64,000 nt of DNA from Gemmatimonadota bacterium. GTDB lineage: Bacteria > Gemmatimonadota > Gemmatimonadetes > Gemmatimonadales > Gemmatimonadaceae. Shown one piece after another: positions 37,220 to 45,892 of this stretch. The stretch covers positions 160,001 through 224,000 of the forward strand of contig JAZJZK010000005.1 in the NCBI GenBank assembly GCA_040389905.1, in the 5' to 3' direction. Each line of letters begins with the position of its first letter. Within the stretch, counting starts at the first letter, position 1. Position numbers and translations under genes: made by a program. The notes below the pieces were generated by a model. It was not told the DNA's origin, made no database searches, and worked only from the letters and a program-made list of their open reading frames with translations.

Positions 37220-38469
37220 CGTACCCGCTCTCCGTCGACCAACTCCGGGAGAACCTCGGCATTGCCGTGGACGCGTTGCGCGTCAGCAAGCTGCGTTCGG
37301 GACTCACGATACTCGGCGTCGTGATCGGCGTTGCCACCGTGATGACGATGGCGACGATCGTCAAGGGCATACGCGACCAGATCCTCACGACGATCAACGT
37401 GGCGGGGCCGACGACCTTCTATGTGATGAAGATTTTTTCCACGACGCCGATCAACCCGGATCAGTTGCCGAAGTACGTGCGCGTCAGGCCGGATCTCGTG
37501 CCCGCGGAGGCTGCACGCATCGGCCAGCTTCCGCAGATCGCGTATGCAAGTATCTGGTCACAGTTCCAGGCGCGCGTGAACTACAACGGCTCACGCACAC
37601 GCGACGTCATCGTCTATGGGGCGGACGATCGCTACCAGGAGATCATGGGCGGTGAGCTGGTCGAGGGGCGCTGGTTCACGAAGAACGAGCTTCGAAGTGG
37701 TGCGCCGGTCGTGGTGCTTCAGGAGCGTCATGCGCGACAGATATTCGGCCGCGAGTACCCGTTGGGGAAGGCGGTGATGATCGGTGGGCGGCCGGTGGAA
37801 GTCGTGGGGCTCTATCAGGAACCGGAGAACATCTTCGCGCCGCCGGGACAAGGAGTCGGTGCGATCATGCCATTCGAATACGTGATTCATGCGTACAACA
37901 TCGACAAGACGAACGCGATGTTCATCGTCGTCAAGCCGAGAGGAGGCGTGACGGTTGCGGATGCCGAGGATGCCGCGACGATTGCGCTGAGAGAAATGCG
38001 AGGGCTCCGGCCGAGCGACAAGAACAACTTCGACCTGCTCAGCCAGGATCAGATTCTCAATGTCTTCACGTCGATCACGGACATCTTCTTTCTCGTGATG
38101 CTGGTGCTCGCATCTGTCGCGCTGATGGTTGGAGGCATCGGCGTGATGGCGATCATGATGGTGTCCGTGACGGCCAGAACGCGGGAGATCGGCATTCGGA
38201 AGGCGTTGGGCGCGACACAACGCGACATCATGATTCAGTTTCTGATCGAGGCCGCGACACTGACGGGAATCGGTGGGCTCATCGGCATTCTCGTGGGCCT
38301 CACCGCGGGCCGCGGGGTAACGATGCTGATCAACGTGCAGGCGGATGCGCCACTGCTTCAGACGGCAATTGCGGTCGCGGTTTCCGTCGGCATCGGCCTG
38401 GTTTTCGGTGTTGTGCCGGCGAGACGTGCGGCGAAGCTCGATCCCATCGAGGCATTGCGGTACGAGTAG
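37216..38469 (+). CDS. MacB/FtsX family ABC transporter permease (second paralog)
   Basis: KLRSGLTILGVVIGV, GGIGVMAIM, RTREIGIRKALGA, LDPIEALRYE; ATGA coupling. Confidence 0.93.
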   Translation: MTYPLSVDQLRENLGIAVDALRVSKLRSGLTILGVVIGVATVMTMATIVKGIRDQILTTINVAGPTTFYVMKIFSTTPINPDQLPKYVRVRPDLVPAEAARIGQLPQIAYASIWSQFQARVNYNGSRTRDVIVYGADDRYQEIMGGELVEGRWFTKNELRSGAPVVVLQERHARQIFGREYPLGKAVMIGGRPVEVVGLYQEPENIFAPPGQGVGAIMPFEYVIHAYNIDKTNAMFIVVKPRGGVTVADAEDAATIALREMRGLRPSDKNNFDLLSQDQILNVFTSITDIFFLVMLVLASVALMVGGIGVMAIMMVSVTARTREIGIRKALGATQRDIMIQFLIEAATLTGIGGLIGILVGLTAGRGVTMLINVQADAPLLQTAIAVAVSVGIGLVFGVVPARRAAKLDPIEALRYE

Positions 38470-38552
38470 AAACTGCGATTGTGTATTCGCCGGGTCGGCG
38501 GCATCTTTTCCCGACACCGACCTCAGTCGCCCGTCCCAGAAACGAGCAAATC

Positions 38553-38993
38553 ATGCCCACACGCTATCGCGTGAGCAGTCCCAACATTGTCGCCGACGTC
38601 ATCGATGGCGAAGCGGTGATCATCCACCTTGAAAAGGGAACTTACTACAGCCTCCTGGCGCCCGGAGCAGAAGTGTGGGAAGCCGTCACGCGTGGAGCAA
38701 CGGACGTTGAAACCCAGCGTGAGATGAAGGCTCGTTACGCTGGTGAATCGAGCGACATCGAACATGCGGTATCCGAACTAATCGCCGAGATGGAGCGCGA
38801 AGGTCTGCTACTCGGTGAGTCGGTGACTGGCGAGGGCGCCGTCGTGGTACACACGGACGCGGTGAGCGTCGACCGGCCGCCATTTCAGCGTCCGGAACTC
38901 AAGCGGTACTCGGATATGGAGGCGATCCTGATGATGGATCCCATACACGAAGTGGATGAAGCGGGGTGGCCTGCTGCCAAGCGCCCCGAGTGA
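38553..38993 (+). CDS. PqqD/RiPP recognition element protein with C-terminal leader/precursor-like extension
   Basis: IDGEAVIIHLEKGTYYSL..GAEVW..V..LI.EM..EGLL RRE pattern, then linker and FQRPELKRYSDMEAILMMDPIHEVDEAGWP tail. Confidence 0.85.
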   Translation: MPTRYRVSSPNIVADVIDGEAVIIHLEKGTYYSLLAPGAEVWEAVTRGATDVETQREMKARYAGESSDIEHAVSELIAEMEREGLLLGESVTGEGAVVVHTDAVSVDRPPFQRPELKRYSDMEAILMMDPIHEVDEAGWPAAKRPE

Positions 38994-40038
38994 GTCGGGC
39001 GGCGCTACGCTCGCCTATTTCGATGCGGTCGACGATGCGTACCTCAGGGCGGCAGCGGTTCATGGTGGCACGTTCGATCACAACTATTCCGTTGCGGGAC
39101 GCACCGTTACCGTGCGCTTCGCAGGTGCCGCGCTTGTAGGGGAACTGACGCGCGCCATCAGTCATCTCACTGCTGATGCGGCAGCGGATCCAGACTTGAC
39201 CATCTGTGTGTGGGATAGCGAGTCGAGTGGTATCGCGCTGCCGGACACTCCGTGGCCCGTCCAGGCGTTTCAGGACCGTCGAGAAATGTGGGGGGTGAAC
39301 GGCGAGCGCGTGCGCGTCGTCTACGAGTTTGCGGAAGAGCCACGTCTGCACGTGTACGATCGCGAGCGAAAGACAGCGATTCTGTGGGCGCAGAGCGCCA
39401 AGGGCATTTGTTTTTACGAGCGCGCGGCTCCGTTCTTTCGTCCGTTCCATTGGGCGCTGGGAGAGCGGGGATTGCAGCTCGCACACGCGGCGGCGGTGGG
39501 CAGCAGTGCCGGCGGAGTGCTTCTCGGTGGGAAGGGTGGATCGGGGAAGTCCACCACCACACTCGCCTGTCTCGCGGCGGGGCTCGGCGCGGCGGGTGAC
39601 GACTACGTCATGTTGGAAGATGGCACGACGCCAATGGCGCACTCGCTCTACAACAAGGCCAAGCTCTTCGCCAACCACATGCGAGATGCGATGCCGGCAC
39701 TGCTAGCGTCGGTGGTGAATCGCGAGGAGATGGAGGCGGAGAAGGCGGTGGTCCAGATCGACGACGTGTATCCGGGACAATTGGTCGTGTCCATGCCAAT
39801 CCGTGCGGTGCTGGTTCCCCACATCACTGGAGAGCAAAAGTCGGAACTGGTGGAGTCGTCAAGTGCACTTGGCATTACGGCGATCGCACCGAGTACGGTG
39901 TTTCAGCTTCGCTGGGCCGGGCGAGAGGACTTCGAACGAATTGCGAGCGTCGTTCGTCGCGTGCCCAACTATCAGCTTCGCCTGGGTCGCAATCTCGAGC
40001 ACGCCGCCGAAACAATCGCTCGGCTGCTGGTGACGTAG
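38956..40038 (+). CDS. HPr kinase-related P-loop kinase
   Basis: LAHAAAV, GKGGSGKSTT Walker A, GDDYV (His-Lys-Asp-Asp set as in HprK-like and lasso peptide kinases). Confidence 0.82.
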   Translation: MKRGGLLPSAPSESGGATLAYFDAVDDAYLRAAAVHGGTFDHNYSVAGRTVTVRFAGAALVGELTRAISHLTADAAADPDLTICVWDSESSGIALPDTPWPVQAFQDRREMWGVNGERVRVVYEFAEEPRLHVYDRERKTAILWAQSAKGICFYERAAPFFRPFHWALGERGLQLAHAAAVGSSAGGVLLGGKGGSGKSTTTLACLAAGLGAAGDDYVMLEDGTTPMAHSLYNKAKLFANHMRDAMPALLASVVNREEMEAEKAVVQIDDVYPGQLVVSMPIRAVLVPHITGEQKSELVESSSALGITAIAPSTVFQLRWAGREDFERIASVVRRVPNYQLRLGRNLEHAAETIARLLVT

Positions 40039-40039
40039 C

Positions 40040-40789
40040 GTGCCGCGGCCCGCCGATGTGTCTGTCGTCATTCCCGTGCACAACGGTGTTCGCTTCATCC
40101 GTGAGGCGGTGCGTAGTGCGCAGGGCCAGTCGCGCGCGCCCGCGGAGATCATCGTTGTTGACGACGGTTCGACTGATGGGACGGCGGACGTGGTCAGGGC
40201 ACTTCCCGGTGTGACGTACGTGCGCCAGGAGAATGCGGGGCCGGCCTCGGCGCGCAATCACGGCGTGCGGCTCGCGACCCGTGCGTTCCTCGCGTTTCTC
40301 GATGCGGACGACCTATGGAGCGTCGACAAGACGGCCCTTCAACTCGCCCTGTTCGAGAAAGAGCCAGAAATGGATGTTGTCGTCGGTCACTCGCAACGGG
40401 TGATTCTCATTGCGTGGCGGGAGGGAGAACCGCAATACGAGACGGTTGGTAACCCCATTTTCTATCTTCATCTGGGGAGTTCGCTGTTTCGCCGGGCGTC
40501 GTTCGACCGGGTTGGTGCGTTCGACGAACGGATGCGGATGGGGGAGGACGTGGACTGGTTTCTTCGTGCCAAGGAGACGGGCATGCGGATGCGCTTTCAC
40601 GATGACGTGGTGCAGCCCTATCAGAAGCACGATGCGAACGTGACCCTCGATCGCGAGGAGATGAACCGCTGGCTCGTGCGTTCCTTCAAGCATTCGCTCG
40701 ACCGTCGCCGCGCAGCTTCAACGGATACCCCCGCTTCGCTTGGCGACTGGTCATCGGAAACCCTGCTGCTGAGGAAGCGCCGTGAGTGA
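40040..40789 (+). CDS. Glycosyltransferase family 2
   Basis: SVVIPVHN, VDDGSTD, ARNHG, FLDADD, GEDVDW. Confidence 0.93.
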   Translation: MPRPADVSVVIPVHNGVRFIREAVRSAQGQSRAPAEIIVVDDGSTDGTADVVRALPGVTYVRQENAGPASARNHGVRLATRAFLAFLDADDLWSVDKTALQLALFEKEPEMDVVVGHSQRVILIAWREGEPQYETVGNPIFYLHLGSSLFRRASFDRVGAFDERMRMGEDVDWFLRAKETGMRMRFHDDVVQPYQKHDANVTLDREEMNRWLVRSFKHSLDRRRAASTDTPASLGDWSSETLLLRKRRE

Positions 40790-41465
40790 CGGAGCGGTCA
40801 GTGTCATCATTCCCATGTACAACGCCGAGCGCTATGTCGCGGAAGCGGTAGAGAGCGTGCTCACGCAGACCCTTCGACCGAAGGAGGTCATCGTCGTCGA
40901 CGATGGCTCGACCGATCGCGGTCATGAGGTCATCGCTCAATTCCGCGACGTGCGCTATGTCCATCAGGACAATGCCGGAACGGGCCCGGCGCGGAATACC
41001 GGCGTTGCGTTAGCGCAGGGCGAGTTCCTCGCCTTTCTCGATGCCGACGACTTGTGGGAGGCGGACAAGCTGGCGTGGCAGGTTGCGACACTCCGGGCCG
41101 ACACATCGCTCGACATGGTGTTCGGTTTCGTCGAGCAATTCCCGTCGCCCGAACTGGCGGACGAAATCGAGCGAACGATCCTCTTTGCGAAAGAGCCCGC
41201 ACCCGCGTACTTCGCTGGAACCATGTTGATTCGGCGAAGCGCTTTTGATCGCGCCGGTCCCTTTCCCTCGCACCTCACGGTGGGCGAATTCATCGACTGG
41301 TACCTGCGGGCCATCGATGCCGGACTGACCAGCGTCATGCATCCTCGCGTCGTGCTGCGCCGCCGCATTCACAACACCAACATGGGGATCACGCAGCGTG
41401 GTGCGCAGAAGGATTATGTGCGCATCATCAAGGCAACGCTCGACCGTCGCCGCCGCAACGCATGA
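40782..41465 (+). CDS. Glycosyltransferase family 2
   Basis: SVIIPMYN, VDDGSTD, ARNTG, FLDADD, GEFIDW. Confidence 0.93.
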   Translation: MSDGAVSVIIPMYNAERYVAEAVESVLTQTLRPKEVIVVDDGSTDRGHEVIAQFRDVRYVHQDNAGTGPARNTGVALAQGEFLAFLDADDLWEADKLAWQVATLRADTSLDMVFGFVEQFPSPELADEIERTILFAKEPAPAYFAGTMLIRRSAFDRAGPFPSHLTVGEFIDWYLRAIDAGLTSVMHPRVVLRRRIHNTNMGITQRGAQKDYVRIIKATLDRRRRNA

Positions 41466-42355
41466 GTCTCGCGAGGCTCCTCCTGCGCGCCATCTTTCTG
41501 GATGGTCGCGAGTCGATGGATGCGTGGCACGCGTGGCAGGCGACAACGCAGCTGGATGACGTCGATCCGGAGTGCTACGCACTCCTTCCGATGCTCTACC
41601 GAAAGCTCGAGCGCGTAGATCCCGACCATCCCGATCTGGGGCGACTGAAGGGAGTGCGGAGGAGAATCTGGCTTGAGAATCAGTTAGTACTTCCTCAAGC
41701 CGCTGCGGCATTACGACGGCTTCACTCGGAGGGAATCGAATCTCTGCTGCTGGGCGAATTGGCCATGGGCACGGCGTACTATCCGGAGAACGGATTGCGC
41801 CAGATTCGCCAGACCGACATCGCTGTCCCACGAGGTGACGCGCGTCGGACGAAAGCGCTCCTTTCGCCAATGGCGTCGACCCTGCGGGTGCACACCAGCA
41901 TCATGTTTTTGGGATGTCCGCGAGAGGTTGAACATCTATGGTGGTCGGAGGCCGCTCACGTTCACATCATGGATGTGCCGTCGCGAGTTCTGGCGCCGGC
42001 CGACCAATTGGTTCACACGCTCGTATCGGCAGGGTCATTGTGGTCGAGCGATCCGGCAACATGGTGGATGGCCGATGCGCTTATCCTCCTCGCAGAGTCG
42101 AATGTCGATATCAACCGCGTCGTGGACATCGCGCGGCGATTGAAGGTGACGGCGTTCCTGCTCGACGCGTTGGAGAGGCTTCGTGCGGCGCTCGGGTGCC
42201 CTGTCGCCTTGAACCTCATCGATGCGCTGCGTACGGCACCGACGTCTCTCGCTGATCGTCTGGAACTCGGATACAGCATCAATTCGCGATGGCAGCGGCC
42301 CCTTCTCTCGTGGTTCATCGCTCCCCCTCGTCGCTTCTACCGCAGCTACACATGA
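41462..42355 (+). CDS. Nucleotidyltransferase-like protein (NTP_transf_5-like), catalytic motif degenerate
   Basis: LLPMLY, GIESLLLG..AYY....RQIRQTDIAV, LAPADQLVH, WWMAD layout of the family found in lasso-type clusters. Confidence 0.68.
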   Translation: MSLARLLLRAIFLDGRESMDAWHAWQATTQLDDVDPECYALLPMLYRKLERVDPDHPDLGRLKGVRRRIWLENQLVLPQAAAALRRLHSEGIESLLLGELAMGTAYYPENGLRQIRQTDIAVPRGDARRTKALLSPMASTLRVHTSIMFLGCPREVEHLWWSEAAHVHIMDVPSRVLAPADQLVHTLVSAGSLWSSDPATWWMADALILLAESNVDINRVVDIARRLKVTAFLLDALERLRAALGCPVALNLIDALRTAPTSLADRLELGYSINSRWQRPLLSWFIAPPRRFYRSYT

Positions 42356-43056
42356 CGCTCGTTTCCGTTATTCTGCCCGTCTACAACACCGAAGCGTTCA
42401 TCACTGAAGCGATCGACAGTGTGCTCACGCAGGGTCCGGAACCGCTCGAGTTGATCATCGTCGACGACGGCTCTACCGACGCGACGCCGGACATCGTTGC
42501 CGGATACGGCAGTACGGCGATCAAGTACGCACGACAGGAAAATCGGGGAGCGGCCGCGGCGATGAATGCCGCGGTTCGCCTCATTTCCGGTGAGTGGGTT
42601 GCCTTTCAAAATGCCGACGACGTTTGGCTCCCAGGCAGGCTGCCGTTACAGCGCGCGCTCCTGGATGCGCATCCGGAGGCAGACATCATCATCGGGCACA
42701 TGAAGCGGATGTGGCGCCCCGCCGGCGAGGTGGAGTGGAAGTGCACGGAGAAGGAATTTGCAATGAGCCTCCAGAGTTGCCTCGTTCGTCGCACGGTACT
42801 CGACCGGATCGGATCGTTTGACGAGACGCTTCGCTGCTGCTTCGACTGGGACTGGCTCTTCAGGGCACGCGAGACCGGTGTGTCGTTCCTCACCCATCCA
42901 GAAATCACGCACTACTATCGTCGGCACGAGACGAACATCAGCGGCGAGGCAACAGCCAACCCCGAGGTGGCGATCATCATCAAGCGCTCGCTGGAACGCC
43001 GGCGCGCGAAGGGCATGCAGGGATCGCTCGCGAGTCTCAATCCAAACACCGCGTAG
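42352..43056 (+). CDS. Glycosyltransferase family 2
   Basis: SVILPVYN, VDDGSTD, FQNADD, FDWDW, YRRH; ATGA coupling. Confidence 0.92.
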   Translation: MTLVSVILPVYNTEAFITEAIDSVLTQGPEPLELIIVDDGSTDATPDIVAGYGSTAIKYARQENRGAAAAMNAAVRLISGEWVAFQNADDVWLPGRLPLQRALLDAHPEADIIIGHMKRMWRPAGEVEWKCTEKEFAMSLQSCLVRRTVLDRIGSFDETLRCCFDWDWLFRARETGVSFLTHPEITHYYRRHETNISGEATANPEVAIIIKRSLERRRAKGMQGSLASLNPNTA

Positions 43057-43135
43057 CGTTTCGCGCATAGCGGAACGCGTGCGTGCACGACATCTTCTGC
43101 CTTCAACGTTCCTTCCTCGCAGCCAACTGGCCCTG

Positions 43136-44053
43136 ATGCCGCTCATCAGCGCGCGCAACCTCACAAAGTCGTATCCTGGCGTTCAGGCACTCGACGGCCT
43201 CACCGTCGATGTAGAGCCTGGCATCATTGGATTCGTCGGCGCCAACGGCGCCGGCAAGAGCACCTTCCTTCGCATTCTGCTCGGCTTGCTCGAACCAACG
43301 AGTGGGAGTGTCTCGGTGCTCGGCCACGACGTCCAGGCTGGCGCGATGGAGCTGCGCGGCCTCGTCGGCTACATGCCGGAAAACGATTGCCTTCCTCTCG
43401 ACCTGAGTGGCACGGACTTCGTCGCGCACATGGCGCAAATCTCCGGCCTTCCGTTTACGGCGGCGCGCGAGCGGGCGGCGGAAATGTTGCGGCACGTGGG
43501 ACTGCACGAGGAGCGATACCGCATGATCGGGAGCTACTCGACCGGCATGAAGCAGCGGATCAAGCTCGCCCAGGCGCTCGCCCACGATCCGCGTCTCTTG
43601 TTGCTGGATGAACCAACGAATGGCCTCGATCCCGAAGGGCGGGACGAAATGCTGGCGCTCGTCGAACGCACTGGTCGAGAGTTCGGCATCGCAGTCGTCG
43701 TCACGTCGCATCTCCTCGGCGAAATCGAACGGGTCTGCGACTCGTTGCTCGCGATCGACGGAGGCAAGCTTCAGTATGCGGGCCCGGTGGCGGCGTTCAC
43801 AGAGCGCAGTCGTCACCTGCTCGTCGAGGTAGACGATGACGTCCCTGAGTTTGCCGCGCAGTTGCGTGCGCGTGGGCTGACGGTCGAGGGAGCAGGTACC
43901 CAGTGGCGCGTTGGTCTCGCGGACGACTCCGTATACGACGTGGTGCGAGACGTGGCGGCGGAGCTCGCCGTTCCCTTGTCGCGACTCGAGGTCGCACGGC
44001 ACAAGCTCGAAGAGCTGTTCCGTCAACCAATTGCCGGAGCCGCCAATGGCTGA
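43136..44053 (+). CDS. ABC transporter ATP-binding protein (ABC-2 exporter type)
   Basis: GANGAGKST, YSTGMKQR, LLLDEPT, SH switch. Confidence 0.95.
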   Translation: MPLISARNLTKSYPGVQALDGLTVDVEPGIIGFVGANGAGKSTFLRILLGLLEPTSGSVSVLGHDVQAGAMELRGLVGYMPENDCLPLDLSGTDFVAHMAQISGLPFTAARERAAEMLRHVGLHEERYRMIGSYSTGMKQRIKLAQALAHDPRLLLLDEPTNGLDPEGRDEMLALVERTGREFGIAVVVTSHLLGEIERVCDSLLAIDGGKLQYAGPVAAFTERSRHLLVEVDDDVPEFAAQLRARGLTVEGAGTQWRVGLADDSVYDVVRDVAAELAVPLSRLEVARHKLEELFRQPIAGAANG

Positions 44054-44930
44054 CGCACGCACCGCGGGCGCGATCTATGATCTGGGATACCAGAGGTACG
44101 ACGGCGCACGCCTCGGACGGGGATATGCGTTTCGCACCCTTCTCGCCTTCTCGTTCCAAACTGCGTTCGGACTCGGCCGTGGCGAAAAGGCGAAGTTTCT
44201 TCCCATCATCTGCGGCGCGCTCGTCTACATGCCGGCGTTGATCCAGATCGGCGTCGCATCGCTTGCGGGATCGACCCAGTTTCTCAATTACGCGGACCAT
44301 CTGGAGTTCACCGCATTTCTCCTCGCGTTGTTTGCGGCAGGGCAGGCGCCGGAACTGATCGTAGCCGACCGGCAACAGGGCGTTCTTTCACTGTACCTTT
44401 CACGTCCACTGCGGCCGCTGGATTACGCATTCGCCAAGCTCATTGCGCTCTCCGGCGCGATGCTCGTGCTTACGCTTGGACCGCAGCTTGTACTCTTCCT
44501 GGGAAAGATCTTCATCAGCAACAAGCCATGGCCGGCATTCGTCGCCGAGTGGCCCAAGCTCTTTCCCATCCTCGGCGGGTCGTTGCTGGTATCCATCTTC
44601 TTCGCCGCGGTGGGACTCGCGCTGTCGTCCTTCGCAAATCGCAAAGGATACGCGACGGCGTCCGTAATCTCGTTTTTCCTGCTGTCAGGCGCGCTGTCGG
44701 AAATGGTGCAGAAAATTGGCTTCGGAGGCGTGGAGCGATATGCCGTCCTCGCGAGCCCGGCACTCCTGATTTCCGGCTTTGCCAAATGGCTGTTCGAAAT
44801 CGAAGCGCGGAGGCGCTCTGCCGTGGGCCGAGCGGCGCTGCCTGGACATCTCTATCTGGAAGTACTCACTGTCGTGACGATCATTGCCGTCGTGATCCTG
44901 ATTCGACGCTATCAGCGAGGTGAGGAATGA
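44046..44930 (+). CDS. ABC-2 type transporter permease
   Basis: IYDLGYQRY, LYLSRPL..DY..AK, multiple TM helices; between two ATPases. Confidence 0.88.
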   Translation: MADARTAGAIYDLGYQRYDGARLGRGYAFRTLLAFSFQTAFGLGRGEKAKFLPIICGALVYMPALIQIGVASLAGSTQFLNYADHLEFTAFLLALFAAGQAPELIVADRQQGVLSLYLSRPLRPLDYAFAKLIALSGAMLVLTLGPQLVLFLGKIFISNKPWPAFVAEWPKLFPILGGSLLVSIFFAAVGLALSSFANRKGYATASVISFFLLSGALSEMVQKIGFGGVERYAVLASPALLISGFAKWLFEIEARRRSAVGRAALPGHLYLEVLTVVTIIAVVILIRRYQRGEE

Positions 44931-45892
44931 CCGCGGCGCAACGAGCCGAGCCGCTCGCGCCAGCCTCTCCGGCGGCAGCGAGCCATAGCGTCGAGCTGCG
45001 GAACGTGTCGCGCTGGTACGGCAACGTCGTGGCGGTGAACGACGTGTCGTGTTCGCTCGGCGCCGGGATCACGGGTCTTCTCGGGCCGAATGGCGCTGGC
45101 AAGACGACGATCCTGCACATGATGGCGGGGCTCCTACGGCCGTCCGCGGGCTCGGTGACCGTCGATGGCGACGCCCCCGCTGGCCGACCCGACGTGTATC
45201 GAACCATCGCGCTGATCCCCGAGCGCGAGTCCGTGCAACCGTTTCTCACCGGCTACGAATTCGTGCTGATGAGCGCAAAGCTGCAGGGACTCCGTGATCC
45301 TGTCTCGGCGGCGAAGCGGTGCATCACGCTCGTGGATCTCGAGAGCGCTCAGGGGCGTAAGATTTCGACGTATTCCAAAGGCATGCGGCAACGCATCAAG
45401 ATCGCCGGTGCGCTCGTGCACGATCCAGGGGTCATTCTCCTCGACGAACCGTTCAACGGGATGGATCCACGGCAACGGATCCAGATGATCGACATGCTGC
45501 GCGGACTCGCGGCTGCGGGATGCGTGATCGTAATCAGCTCGCACATTCTGGAGGAGCTCAATGACCTCGCTTCGAACGTGCTGGTCATGGTTGCCGGCCG
45601 ACTCGCTGCCTCAGGCGATTTCCGCGAGATCCGGCGCCTGATGACGGATCGGCCGCACACCTTCACCACCAAGTCCTCGAACGACCGCGCGCTCGGTGCG
45701 TCGCTCCTGACCGATGCATCGGTGTTTGGCGTCGAACTGACGCCAGATCACATTGTCGTCCGAACGGCAGACCGCGGCGCAATGACGCGGAATCTGGCCG
45801 GCATTTCGCGCGCGGCAGGCATCCGGCTCCTCGAGATTCGTCCGACGGACGAGTCGCTCGAAAGCGTCTTCTCGTACCTGGTGGACCGATGA
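44927..45892 (+). CDS. ABC transporter ATP-binding protein
   Basis: GPNGAGKTT, YSKGMRQR, LLDEPF, SSH. Confidence 0.95.
   Translation: MTAAQRAEPLAPASPAAASHSVELRNVSRWYGNVVAVNDVSCSLGAGITGLLGPNGAGKTTILHMMAGLLRPSAGSVTVDGDAPAGRPDVYRTIALIPERESVQPFLTGYEFVLMSAKLQGLRDPVSAAKRCITLVDLESAQGRKISTYSKGMRQRIKIAGALVHDPGVILLDEPFNGMDPRQRIQMIDMLRGLAAAGCVIVISSHILEELNDLASNVLVMVAGRLAASGDFREIRRLMTDRPHTFTTKSSNDRALGASLLTDASVFGVELTPDHIVVRTADRGAMTRNLAGISRAAGIRLLEIRPTDESLESVFSYLVDR

Noticed and set aside
38553..43056. Canonical lasso peptide or PQQ biosynthesis cluster
   Set aside because: No asparagine-synthetase-like cyclase, B2 peptidase, lasso precursor or pqqABCE in the window.
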